DNA of 64,000 nt, taken from NCBI GenBank assembly GCA_964597975.1, contig CAZRAA010000001.1:8906-72905 (forward strand), written 5' to 3'. The DNA is from an uncultured Thermoleophilaceae bacterium. GTDB lineage: Bacteria; Actinomycetota; Thermoleophilia; Solirubrobacterales; JACPNS01. Of the stretch, positions 34,176 to 42,754 are shown in pieces. The notes under the pieces were generated by a model. That model did no database searches, was not told where the DNA came from, and saw nothing but the letters and a program-made list of their open reading frames with translations. Both the position numbers and the translations under genes were made by a program. The stretch's first letter is position 1; every line of letters begins with the position of its first letter.

Positions 34176-36139
34176 GCTCAGAGACGATGCGACTACAGCC
34201 AGAGGGACCGAGCGAGCAAGAACTTTCGGCTGCCGACACGCCTGCCGCGACGGCGAATTCGCAGCTCGCTGCTCGCGCGCTTGCGAGGCCAGAGCTGATC
34301 GTGCTGCTGGCCGCCGCGGCCGCGCTCTACCTCTGGGGCCTCTCGAAAAACGGGATGGCCAATGAGTACTACGCCGCGACGGTTCGCTCGATGGCGTCTG
34401 GCTGGCACAACTTCCTCTACGGCTCGTTCGACATGAACGGCGTGATGACCGTCGACAAGCCGCCGCTGGCCTTCTGGGTTCAGGCGTTGTCGGTGAAGCT
34501 GTTCGGTTACTCGTCACTGTCGATGCTCGTGCCGCAGGCCCTGATGGGTGTTGGGACCGTCGCGCTGACCTACGACATCGTCTCGCGCCGTTTCGGCCGT
34601 TGGCCGGCCTTTGCCGCCGGTGCGGTCCTCGCGGTGACGCCGATGGCCGTCGCTATCTCGCGCCACAACAATCCAGACGCGTTGCTGATCCTGCTTTCGG
34701 TCGCGGCGCTCTGGTTCGTGCTGCGTGCGCTTGAGGATGGGAAGACGCGCTGGATCGTGCTCGCCGGGGCAGCGGTGGGCGGCGCCTTCACAACCAAGAT
34801 GGGCGCCGGCCTTTTGGTGCTTCCTGCGCTGTTTGCCGCCTATCTCTGGGCTGCGCCGGTTTCGCGCTCGCGTGCACTGGTGCAGCTGCTGATCGGCGGC
34901 GGCGTTTTCGTCGCGGTCGCGGGCGCCTGGCCGCTCTTGATGGCGTTGACCCCGGCGCCCGACAGGCCGTGGATCTCCGGCACGACCGACAACTCGATCT
35001 GGTCGTTGATCACGCAGTACAACGGCCTCGGGCGCCTGAACGGACAACAGGGCGGACCCGGGGGCATCGGCGGACCCGGGGGCGGGCCCGGCGGCGCGGG
35101 CGGCGGCGTCTTCGGCGGCGAAGCCGGCTGGGCGCGACTCTTCAACTCGGCGCTGGGGCCCCAGGTGGCTTGGCTCACAGGATTTGCGGTCGTCTCGGGC
35201 ATCGCCGTGACGTGGTTCTCACGGCTCTCCGCTCGCGACGCCAACACCGGCTGGATCGTGGCCGTCGGCGGATGCTTTGCGACGATCGCGATTGCATTCT
35301 CGTTCGCCAAGGGGATCTTCCACCCGTACTACAGCTCCCAGCTTGCGCCCTTCACGGCGATGCTGGTCGGCGCGGGCCTTGGAACTTTCACCGGCGGCGA
35401 CCAAGCGGCCGACGACGGACGCAAGCGGCGCTACTGGGGCGCGGCTGCGCTTGCGGCCGGCGCGGTCACCACGCTCTGGGTGCTCTCAAACGCGACCGCC
35501 GACCGGATGGACGCCTGGCAGGCGCCGATGGCGCTGATCGTGCTGAGCGCCGCCGCGTTTCTGGCGATCGCCGGCGCCGATCAGCAGATCCGCAAGTGGG
35601 CGCTGATCGCCGGCGTCGCCGCACTGCTCGTGGCGCCCGCCGCCTGGTCGGTGGCGACGCTGGGCCACGCAACCAGCGGCACCTTCCCGGCCGGCGGCTC
35701 GCAGGCCGCAGGCGGCGGACTTGGCGGACCCGGCGGCGGATTTGGGGGACCCGGCGGCGGAGCGTTCGGCGGCCAGAACTCTCAACTCACCAGTGCGATC
35801 GCATACGCCAAAGCTCACGGCGGTGGCACGATCGGGGTCGAGAGCCAGTCGACCGCAGCACCATATGTCGCCCAAAGCGGCGCAGACGTGGCAGGCATCG
35901 GCGGCTTCTCGGGACGCGAGAGCTCTGTCTCGGTCTCTTGGCTCGCGGACGCTGTCGCCGAAAGCAGGCTGCGCTGGATCTACACCGGCAGCGGCGGGAT
36001 CGGCGGCGGATTCGCCGACGGGCGGCAGGGCAGCCAGTCGGCGATCAACGCCGCCGAGCAGGTCTGCAAGCAAGTCAACGACTCATCGCTCTACGACTGC
36101 GCCGGCCAATCCCAGGCCCTACAACGCCTCGCGAACTGA
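34172..36139 (+). CDS. GT-C glycosyltransferase (GT39/GT83, ArnT/PMT_2-like) with a C-terminal extracytoplasmic domain
   Basis: ATGA overlap with the upstream gene. 'NEYYAATVRSM', 'TVDKPPLAFWVQAL' and many TMs. There are two Gly-rich insertions. Confidence 0.88.
   Translation: MSSETMRLQPEGPSEQELSAADTPAATANSQLAARALARPELIVLLAAAAALYLWGLSKNGMANEYYAATVRSMASGWHNFLYGSFDMNGVMTVDKPPLAFWVQALSVKLFGYSSLSMLVPQALMGVGTVALTYDIVSRRFGRWPAFAAGAVLAVTPMAVAISRHNNPDALLILLSVAALWFVLRALEDGKTRWIVLAGAAVGGAFTTKMGAGLLVLPALFAAYLWAAPVSRSRALVQLLIGGGVFVAVAGAWPLLMALTPAPDRPWISGTTDNSIWSLITQYNGLGRLNGQQGGPGGIGGPGGGPGGAGGGVFGGEAGWARLFNSALGPQVAWLTGFAVVSGIAVTWFSRLSARDANTGWIVAVGGCFATIAIAFSFAKGIFHPYYSSQLAPFTAMLVGAGLGTFTGGDQAADDGRKRRYWGAAALAAGAVTTLWVLSNATADRMDAWQAPMALIVLSAAAFLAIAGADQQIRKWALIAGVAALLVAPAAWSVATLGHATSGTFPAGGSQAAGGGLGGPGGGFGGPGGGAFGGQNSQLTSAIAYAKAHGGGTIGVESQSTAAPYVAQSGADVAGIGGFSGRESSVSVSWLADAVAESRLRWIYTGSGGIGGGFADGRQGSQSAINAAEQVCKQVNDSSLYDCAGQSQALQRLAN
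35051..35086 (+). repeat. 18-nt in-frame tandem duplication inside the GT39 gene (GGPGGI/GGPGGG)
   Basis: GGCGGACCCGGGGGCATC / GGCGGACCCGGGGGCGGG, followed by more GGC-rich codons up to about 35120. Confidence 0.8.
35721..35762 (+). repeat. 21-nt in-frame tandem duplication inside the GT39 gene (LGGPGGG/FGGPGGG)
   Basis: TTGGCGGACCCGGCGGCGGAT / TTGGGGGACCCGGCGGCGGAG, 19 of 21 identical. Confidence 0.85.
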
Positions 36140-36152
36140 TGCGGCCCAAATT

Positions 36153-36184
36153 CCATACCTCCGCCCGATCGGGCGGAGGTATGG
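36153..36184. terminator. Strong bidirectional hairpin between the convergent GT39 and ppa genes
   Basis: CCATACCTCCGCCC-gatc-GGGCGGAGGTATGG has a perfect 14-bp stem and a 4-nt loop. It lies 14 nt after the GT39 stop and 10 nt after the ppa stop. Confidence 0.75.
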
Positions 36185-36193
36185 CAGGGATCG

Positions 36194-36700
36194 TCAGTCT
36201 TCGTGCGACTCGCGCCAGGTGGCCTGGGCTTCTTCGATCACCTTCCAGGCGTCCATCACGCCGAACCAGCCCTCAACCTCGACCTCTTTCAGTTCGAGGT
36301 CCTTGTAGATCGAAAAGAAGTGCGCGATCTCGTCCTGGAGCTGCTTGGGCACGTCGTTGAGCGATTCGAAGGAGTTCCAGTTGGGGTCCGAGACCGGTAC
36401 GCAGATGACTTTGTCGTCGGAGCCCTTGTCATCGGTCATGCGGAACAGCGCGATCGGTTTTACCTCGATCCAGCAGCCGGGGAAAGTCGGTTCTGAGACC
36501 AGCACCATCGCGTCCAGCGGGTCGCCATCGGCGCCAATCGATTCGGGGATGAAGCCGTAGTCCAGGGGGTAGACGACGGATGAATAAAGGAAGCGATCGA
36601 GTCTGATCGCGTTGAGGCGCTCGTCCCACTCATACTTGTTTCGCGAGCCCTTGGGGATTTCGACCACCGCGTAGAGGTGGCCTTCGGGGAGTTCTGTCAT
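36194..36700 (-). CDS. ppa: Inorganic pyrophosphatase (family I)
   Basis: 'VVEIPKGSRNKYEWD', 'YPLDYGFIPESIGADGDPLDAMVL', 'DDKGSDDKVICVP'. 168 aa from the ATG at 36700. Confidence 0.92.
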   Translation of the reverse strand: MTELPEGHLYAVVEIPKGSRNKYEWDERLNAIRLDRFLYSSVVYPLDYGFIPESIGADGDPLDAMVLVSEPTFPGCWIEVKPIALFRMTDDKGSDDKVICVPVSDPNWNSFESLNDVPKQLQDEIAHFFSIYKDLELKEVEVEGWFGVMDAWKVIEEAQATWRESHED

Positions 36701-36729
36701 ACCCCTGAGCGTACGCGGCGCGTTTGCGC

Positions 36730-37386
36730 TCAGTCTGCCGTCAGCAGCGCGACCGCATGATCGACCAGTTCGTCGGCCGTCGCCACAACGCCCGCGATGC
36801 CCTCGCGGTGCACCGTCATGCAGACCATCTCGTTGATCCCGACCACCACCATCTTCGCCCGCATCTGCGGGAGCGGCGGAACCTCGGGGTGCGCCGCGCG
36901 CGATTCGTCGCGCCACGCGCTGATCATCGTCGCCAGCATGGCGGTGGCGTCGATCCAGCGGTCGGCCAGCGCGGGGCCGGCTGCCATCGATTCGCTGAGA
37001 AACAGCCTGGTGAAGTCGGGTAGGTCGGTGAGCATTCGGATGTAGGCGTGCATGCCGACACGGATTCGCTCGATCGGGTCCTCCACGGGACCGGCCTCGG
37101 CGACGATCTCCGCGATCAGCATGTCGCGGGTCGTGTCAAAAGCCTGGAGGAGGCAGTCCTCCTTGCCTGTGAAGTGCTCGTAGAACGTTCGCTTCGATGT
37201 GCCGGCGAGCGAAACGATGTCAATGATCGTGACCTTGTCGTAACCGCGATCGGCAGCGAGACTGACAAACGCCGCGATCAGCCGGCCGCGCTGGGACGCC
37301 AGCACAACCTCGCGATCGAGCTTGTGCCGACCGCGCGGGAGCGGCTCGGGGGGGCTGAGTTCAGATTGCGGGGGCAGACCTTGCAT
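36730..37386 (-). CDS. TetR-family transcriptional regulator
   Basis: 'LIAAFVSLAADRGYDKVTIIDIVSLAGTSKRTFYEHFTGKEDCLLQAF'. ATG at 37386; a GTG at 37401 is an alternative start. Confidence 0.88.
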   Translation of the reverse strand: MQGLPPQSELSPPEPLPRGRHKLDREVVLASQRGRLIAAFVSLAADRGYDKVTIIDIVSLAGTSKRTFYEHFTGKEDCLLQAFDTTRDMLIAEIVAEAGPVEDPIERIRVGMHAYIRMLTDLPDFTRLFLSESMAAGPALADRWIDATAMLATMISAWRDESRAAHPEVPPLPQMRAKMVVVGINEMVCMTVHREGIAGVVATADELVDHAVALLTAD

Positions 37387-37430
37387 GTCGGACGACCACA
37401 CCGTACACCGGGTGCCCGGCGACCTTGCGG

Positions 37431-38177
37431 TCAGGCGCGAACGGCGTAGAACCCGCCGTGCCCGGCCGAGAAGCGGTAGTCGTCGGCATAAGCGGCCAGC
37501 GTCGCCGGATCGAAACCGGCCTCTTTCAGCGCCGCAAAGACCGCCTCGTGGTCATAGAGCGCCAAGCGGTGGATCTCGGTGTCGACGCTCGAGAGGCCCG
37601 GTCCCGTACGACTTGTGATACGGCGCTCGAGAGTCTGCTCGCCGGGATTCTCAACCGTCTCCGAGGTGACCTGCCACCCGGGTCCCTCCCACATCGTGTG
37701 CTCAAGCCGAGGCATCGCGCGGCCCGGCTGCGCAACGTCGAATATGAAGATGCCATCCGCCACCAGCGCATCCCGCACGCGCTCAAACACCTCGCGCATC
37801 GCATCAAACCCGGCGCGCGGATCGAAGCGGTAGTTGAAGGCCTCGCCGATCGCGGTGACCGCGACGCAGTCGGCCGGCAGCTCGGCGTCATAGAGCGAGC
37901 AGACCGTAAACGTCCCGTCGGGCACCCGCTCGCGCGCGATCTCGATCATGTCGGCCGAGATGTCGAATCCGTGGACGTCATATCCGGCGTCGGCGATCAT
38001 CCGCGAAGAGATACCCCCGCCGCAGGCGAGTTCCGCGACGGTTCCCGAGCTCAGCCGGTTGAGCTCAAGTCCCGCCAGCAACATCTTCGCGGCGCCAGTG
38101 GCGATGAAGCCGAAGCCGTCGTCATGTATCTGCGCCAGCGCCGCGCGGTATGCCGGCTCTGTTTGGTGGGAGCCCAC
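37431..38177 (-). CDS. Class I SAM-dependent methyltransferase
   Basis: Motif I 'VAELACGGGISSRMIADAGYDVHGFDISADMIEIAR'. The start is set at the GTG at 38177 so it does not overlap the upstream MFS gene; this start is uncertain. Confidence 0.8.
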   Translation of the reverse strand: MGSHQTEPAYRAALAQIHDDGFGFIATGAAKMLLAGLELNRLSSGTVAELACGGGISSRMIADAGYDVHGFDISADMIEIARERVPDGTFTVCSLYDAELPADCVAVTAIGEAFNYRFDPRAGFDAMREVFERVRDALVADGIFIFDVAQPGRAMPRLEHTMWEGPGWQVTSETVENPGEQTLERRITSRTGPGLSSVDTEIHRLALYDHEAVFAALKEAGFDPATLAAYADDYRFSAGHGGFYAVRA

Positions 38178-38208
38178 GACGCTCAGCGTATGACGCCGGA
38201 CAGGACTT

Positions 38209-39807
38209 CTATCTTGCAGCCACAGCTTCGGACGGCTCGGCAGTAACCACGATCTCGTCCTCGCCGGTCGCGCTCGCCTGCATCGAGCCGGAGCGCTCAA
38301 TCGCCTCGTCCGTGCCGTGCCGGGGCAGGAATAGCGAAAGCACGAACATCAGGCTGAGCAGCCCAAACGAGACCCAGTAGGTCTTGCCGAAGGCATCCGC
38401 GATCAATGGCGCGAGCTGGTCCTGCGCCCGCGGCGGGAGCGACTCGAGCGCCCCAAGTCCGCTTGTCTTGGAGGCGACCGCACCGGCCGCCGGCAGGCTC
38501 TGAAGCATTTCGTGTGTCAGGTAAGTCGAGAGGATCGCGACGCCGATCGAGCCACCGACGCGCTGGATGGCGTTGATCGCCGAGGTAGCGCGCGGAACCT
38601 GGTCGTGCTTGAGCGTGACGAATGCGCTCGACATCGTCGGCATCATCGTCGCGCCCATCCCGAGTCCCATCACGAACAACGCGAGGATGATCTGCCAGTA
38701 CGGGGTCTCGGCCCCCAGATGCGTCAGCGCGAATGTGCTGGCGAGTAGCACCAGCGCGCCAAACGGCACGATTCGGCCCGATCCGAAACGATCGGTCACC
38801 TTGCCGGCGATCGGCATCATCAGAGCTGCACCAACGCCCTGCGGAGCAATCAGCAGGCCGGCGTCGAGCGCCGAGAGGCCGCGCACGATCTGGAAGTAGA
38901 GCGGCATCAGAATCATCGCGCCGAAGAACGACATGGCAAGCACGAACGAGGTGCTGGTGGCGACCGCCATCACGCGGTCTTTGAAGAGCCGAACGTCGAT
39001 CAGCGCGTTCGCCCGGCGCAGCGCGTGAACGACGAAGCCGCCGACCATCGCCAGCCCGACGAGCATCGGGACCAGCACCTCAGGAGCGTTGAAACCGCCC
39101 TGAGGCCCGGTCTCGGCGAGGCCGTATACGAGCGCAGCCAGACCGGGCGAGAGCAGCAACAGCCCCTTCCAGTCGAGCTCTTCGCCCGGTGAGGGCTCGT
39201 CACGCTGCAAGAACCGCTGGGCCAGCGTGACGGCAAGAATGCCGATCGGAACGTTGACGTAGAAGATCCAGCGCCACGAGACGTCGTCGACCAGCCAGCC
39301 GCCAAGGATCGGGCCGGCGATCGGCGCGAGCAACATCGGTACGCCGATCACGCCCATCATCCGCCCAACGCGCTGGGGACCCGCCGCCTGCGTGAGGATC
39401 GTCATGCCGACGGGCATGATCATGCCGCCGCCGAAACCTTGCAGCACGCGAAAGAGAATCAGCGTCTCGGCGCTCCAGGCGGCTCCGCAGAGCATCGAGC
39501 CGAGCGTGAAGAGGGTGACGGAGAGAATGAAGAGTCGCTTGGTGCCGAAGCGATGCGAGGCCCACCCGGTCAGCGGAATCACTGTGGCGAGCGCGAGCAG
39601 ATAGCCGGTGGCGACCCATTGGATCGTCGTGAGGTCGGTGTTGAAGTCGCGCGCGAGCGTGTCGAGCGCGACATTGACGATCGTCGTGTCGAGGATCGAC
39701 ATGATGATCCCGAGGATCACCACGCTCGAGATCTGGATCAGCCGGCGGTCGAAGAGCTTCTCAGGTGCGGCAGGAAGAGCCGCGACGGAGCCGTTGCTTG
39801 CGCTCAT
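38209..39807 (-). CDS. MFS transporter, DHA2 (EmrB-like) efflux family
   Basis: 'MSILDTTIVNVALDTLARDF', 'SHRFGTKRLF', 14-TM layout. The start overlaps the marR stop (ATGA). Confidence 0.9.
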   Translation of the reverse strand: MSASNGSVAALPAAPEKLFDRRLIQISSVVILGIIMSILDTTIVNVALDTLARDFNTDLTTIQWVATGYLLALATVIPLTGWASHRFGTKRLFILSVTLFTLGSMLCGAAWSAETLILFRVLQGFGGGMIMPVGMTILTQAAGPQRVGRMMGVIGVPMLLAPIAGPILGGWLVDDVSWRWIFYVNVPIGILAVTLAQRFLQRDEPSPGEELDWKGLLLLSPGLAALVYGLAETGPQGGFNAPEVLVPMLVGLAMVGGFVVHALRRANALIDVRLFKDRVMAVATSTSFVLAMSFFGAMILMPLYFQIVRGLSALDAGLLIAPQGVGAALMMPIAGKVTDRFGSGRIVPFGALVLLASTFALTHLGAETPYWQIILALFVMGLGMGATMMPTMSSAFVTLKHDQVPRATSAINAIQRVGGSIGVAILSTYLTHEMLQSLPAAGAVASKTSGLGALESLPPRAQDQLAPLIADAFGKTYWVSFGLLSLMFVLSLFLPRHGTDEAIERSGSMQASATGEDEIVVTAEPSEAVAAR

Positions 39808-40292
39808 CGGCTCACCTCCGTTTCGTTGTTATCGCGCTCGACCGTCTGCTTAAGTGGCACGAGCGCGTCGGCGAGCGCTGCGAGTTCCCGATCCGTCAGC
39901 CCGTCAAGAATGTCGGCCAGCGTCGCAACGCGGTTTTCAAATATCTGGTCCATCCCGCTGGTGCCGAGCGGTGTGATCTCAACGCGCTTGACCCGGCGGT
40001 CGCTCGGATCTTCGGTACGCGTCGCAAGCTCCAGCCGGACGAGGCCGTCGACTGCCCGGCCGGTAGCCGGGAGCGAGCCTCCTGTGACGCCGGCGATGCT
40101 GCCAATCGCCAACGGCTCTTCGCTGGTCGCGAGTACGAACATCACCTTCAGCTGGGAGAAGCTGAGGTCGTAGCGTTCGACGAACTCGACCATCGGAGCC
40201 GAGCTGCGCTTCATCACGTCGGTTACGACCGTCAGAAAATCTGCCGCGACGGTTTTGCTGGTGGTTGTCGGTGCCTGCGAAGCGGTGGCCAT
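39804..40292 (-). CDS. MarR-family transcriptional regulator
   Basis: Start at 'MATASQAPTTT...'. 'LSFSQLKVMFVLATSEEPLAIGSIAGVTGGSLPATGRAVDGLVRLELATRTEDPSDRRVKRVEITPLG' is the winged-helix pattern. Confidence 0.88.
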   Translation of the reverse strand: MATASQAPTTTSKTVAADFLTVVTDVMKRSSAPMVEFVERYDLSFSQLKVMFVLATSEEPLAIGSIAGVTGGSLPATGRAVDGLVRLELATRTEDPSDRRVKRVEITPLGTSGMDQIFENRVATLADILDGLTDRELAALADALVPLKQTVERDNNETEVSR

Positions 40293-40314
40293 GGAGAAGA
40301 TATTACCGCTTACG

Positions 40315-40340
40315 CAACTATTGCGCCTCCTCAATAGTTG
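40315..40340. promoter_or_regulatory. Inverted repeat in the marR / acyl-CoA-ligase divergent region (candidate MarR operator)
   Basis: CAACTATTG (40315-40323), a 8-nt spacer, then CAATAGTTG (40332-40340). The 9-bp arms are perfect and the surrounding context is AT-rich. Confidence 0.4.
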
Positions 40341-40447
40341 TGAGTGTGAGCAATATCACGGAACTCGCTGCGGGCGTAGAATTCGCTGCGCCGTGGCCGG
40401 GGGGCGGCCGCGAAGCAGCCAACGATCAACAGGGGAACTCTTCACCA

Positions 40448-41956
40448 ATGGCAAATCTCGCTGATGCACTGACCCGCACCGCGGCCGAACACCCGGACGC
40501 GATCGCTCTGAAGCTCGACGACGTCGAACTGACCTACGCGGCGCTCGACCAGGCCAGCTCTTTGGTCGCCGGACTGCTCGCCGAGCGCGGCGTGCAGCCT
40601 GGGGACACCGTTGGTCTGATGCTCCCGAACGTCCCCTACTTCCCGGTGATCTACTACGGAATACTCAAAGCCGGAGCCGCTGTCGTGCCGATGAACGTCC
40701 TGCTCAAGGGGCGCGAGGCCGAGTTCTACCTCTCTGACTCGGGCGCCAAGCAGTTCTTCGCCTGGCACGATTTCGGCGATGAGGCGGAGATCGCCGCCGA
40801 GGCGGCCGGGGTGCCCCTGACGCTGGTCAAGCCGGGCGACTTCGAGCAATTGCTCGGCGCGGCGACCCCAATCGCAGGGACCGCTGAGCGTTCGGGCGAC
40901 GACACCTGCGTGATCCTCTACACCTCCGGCACTACCGGCACCCCGAAGGGCGCCGAACTGACCCACTCGAACATCGGCAGCAACGTCGCCACCAACGTCG
41001 AGATGTTTGGCTTTGCGCCTGGAGACGTGCTTTTCGGCGGCCTGCCGCTCTTTCACTCGTTTGGTCAGACGAGCGCGATGAACTCGGCGATCGCATCCGG
41101 TGCGACCGTGACGCTGCTGCCGCGCTTTGACGCGGCCAAGGCGCTCGAGATCATTGACCGTGACGGGGTCACGGTGTTCATGGGCGTGCCGACGATGTAC
41201 GTCGGAATGTTGCACGACCCGGGCATCGAGTCGGTTGACGCGTCATCATTGCGATTCTGCGTCTCTGGCGGAGCCTCACTGCCGGTGGAGGTGCTCAGTG
41301 CCGTCGAGGCGAAGCTCGAGGCCAAGCTGCTCGAGGGCTACGGACTTTCCGAGACGTCTCCGGTAGCGAGTTTCAATCACCCCGAGTTCCCGTCCAAGCC
41401 CGGCTCGATCGGCCGGCCGATCCCGGGCGTCGAGATGAAGCTCGTGGATGACGCGGGCAACGACATCCCCGAATCCGACACCGACGCCGTCGGCGAGATC
41501 GCAATCAAGGGTCCGAACGTGATGAAGGGCTACTGGGGACGCGATGACGCGACGGCCGAGGTGATGCGCGGCGAGTGGTTCCTCTCGGGCGACATGGCCA
41601 AGCGCGACGAGGACGGCTACTACTTCATCGTCGACCGCAAGAAGGAGCTGATCATTCGCGGCGGCTACAACGTCTACCCGCGCGAGATCGAAGAAGTGCT
41701 CTACGAGCACCCGGCCGTCCGCGAGGCGGCGGTGATCGGCGTCGCCGACGATACGCACGGAGAAGAAGTCGCGGCCGCGATCGGCTTCAAGCCCGGCGAG
41801 TCGGCCAGCGCCGATGAGATCCAGGCGTTCGTCAAGGAACGCGTCGCGGCTTACAAGTACCCGCGCCACATCTGGTTCGTCGAAGAACTGCCAAAGACCG
41901 CAACCGGCAAAATCCTCAAGCGCGAAATCGAAGTCCCGGCGGAGGTAGCCGGCTAA
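40448..41956 (+). CDS. fadD: Long-chain/medium-chain fatty-acid--CoA ligase (AMP-binding family)
   Basis: ATG at 40448. AMP motif 'ILYTSGTTGTPKGAELTH', 'GYGLSETSP', 'SGDMAKRDEDGYYFIVDRKKELII', 'LPKTATGKILKRE'. Confidence 0.9.
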   Translation: MANLADALTRTAAEHPDAIALKLDDVELTYAALDQASSLVAGLLAERGVQPGDTVGLMLPNVPYFPVIYYGILKAGAAVVPMNVLLKGREAEFYLSDSGAKQFFAWHDFGDEAEIAAEAAGVPLTLVKPGDFEQLLGAATPIAGTAERSGDDTCVILYTSGTTGTPKGAELTHSNIGSNVATNVEMFGFAPGDVLFGGLPLFHSFGQTSAMNSAIASGATVTLLPRFDAAKALEIIDRDGVTVFMGVPTMYVGMLHDPGIESVDASSLRFCVSGGASLPVEVLSAVEAKLEAKLLEGYGLSETSPVASFNHPEFPSKPGSIGRPIPGVEMKLVDDAGNDIPESDTDAVGEIAIKGPNVMKGYWGRDDATAEVMRGEWFLSGDMAKRDEDGYYFIVDRKKELIIRGGYNVYPREIEEVLYEHPAVREAAVIGVADDTHGEEVAAAIGFKPGESASADEIQAFVKERVAAYKYPRHIWFVEELPKTATGKILKREIEVPAEVAG

Positions 41957-42702
41957 AGCCGCAGCGGATGGCGCAGCGCGAAGCCTTTGGTTGGGCGGAC
42001 TGTGTTGCGCCAGCGTGGGCCGTTTTCGCCGAAGCCCCATGGCGAGGTGTCGTAACGCAGGCCGGCGATCACCATGAAGACGTGGGTGCCGTGTGCGTAG
42101 ACGCGCACCCAGCGGCCCGGTCCGTTTGAACCCCAGCGCGCGAGCTGCCCCGAGACCATCGGCCAAGCTACATAGCCGCCGGCGCGCAGCACGAAGCTCG
42201 TCGCGCCCGAGCAGTCGTAGCCGCGGTCATACCAGCGCGCATGGCCTCCGCCCCAGACGTAGGGCTTCTTGGTCAATGAGTTCGCGGCGCGGATCATCCG
42301 CTTGACGGCGCGCGGAGCAGACTTCGGCGCGACCGCCGTGCGGCCGTTCTCGCGCAGCTTGGCGTACTTGCCGCCGGGCGGTGCCGGCCAGACCCAGTCC
42401 CCCGGCGGCGGAGCGACCACCCCGGTGGCGCCGGTCTCGCCCGTCGCTCCAGTCGCTTCGGTCGGCGCGCCGGGCTGCGGTTGGTGGCGTGGCGCGCGGC
42501 AGTCGGGGTCGGTCGTGAAGTTCCACGGATCGCAATAGCGATCCTTGCCCTTCCAAGCGCCGGCGGTCACCGCCACGGGCACGTCTCCGCGCGGCCTCTC
42601 GGCGGCGGCAGAACCAACGGTGATCGCGACAAGGGCGCAGGAAACGGCCAGCGCCGTGAGAGCCATGCGCGGGTTGAAGAAGCGATAGGTCAATTCAAAC
42701 AC
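41953..42702 (-). CDS. Secreted NlpC/P60 (C40)-like cell-wall hydrolase, paralog A
   Basis: Signal-like N-terminus. 'KKPYVWGGGHARWYDRGYDCSGATSFVL' (catalytic Cys context) and 'HVFMVIAGLRYDTS' (candidate His). Conserved tail 'GPRWRNTVRPTKGFALRHP'. GTG at 42702 or ATG at 42666. Confidence 0.75.
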   Translation of the reverse strand: MFELTYRFFNPRMALTALAVSCALVAITVGSAAAERPRGDVPVAVTAGAWKGKDRYCDPWNFTTDPDCRAPRHQPQPGAPTEATGATGETGATGVVAPPPGDWVWPAPPGGKYAKLRENGRTAVAPKSAPRAVKRMIRAANSLTKKPYVWGGGHARWYDRGYDCSGATSFVLRAGGYVAWPMVSGQLARWGSNGPGRWVRVYAHGTHVFMVIAGLRYDTSPWGFGENGPRWRNTVRPTKGFALRHPLRL

Positions 42703-42754
42703 TGTCTACAGGTATCGATCGCAGAGCGCCGCAGCTACAGCTGCGCAGACGAGA

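Noticed and set aside
28403-36360. Several long alternative ORFs inside the glycan locus (28403-29383 minus, 30123-31436 plus N-terminal part, 33417-34517 minus, 34969-36360 plus)
   Set aside because: Each is off-frame or antisense to a gene with clear family motifs. For 30123-31436, only the part from the ATG at 30714 is the response regulator; the upstream part is the GT2 gene read out of frame.
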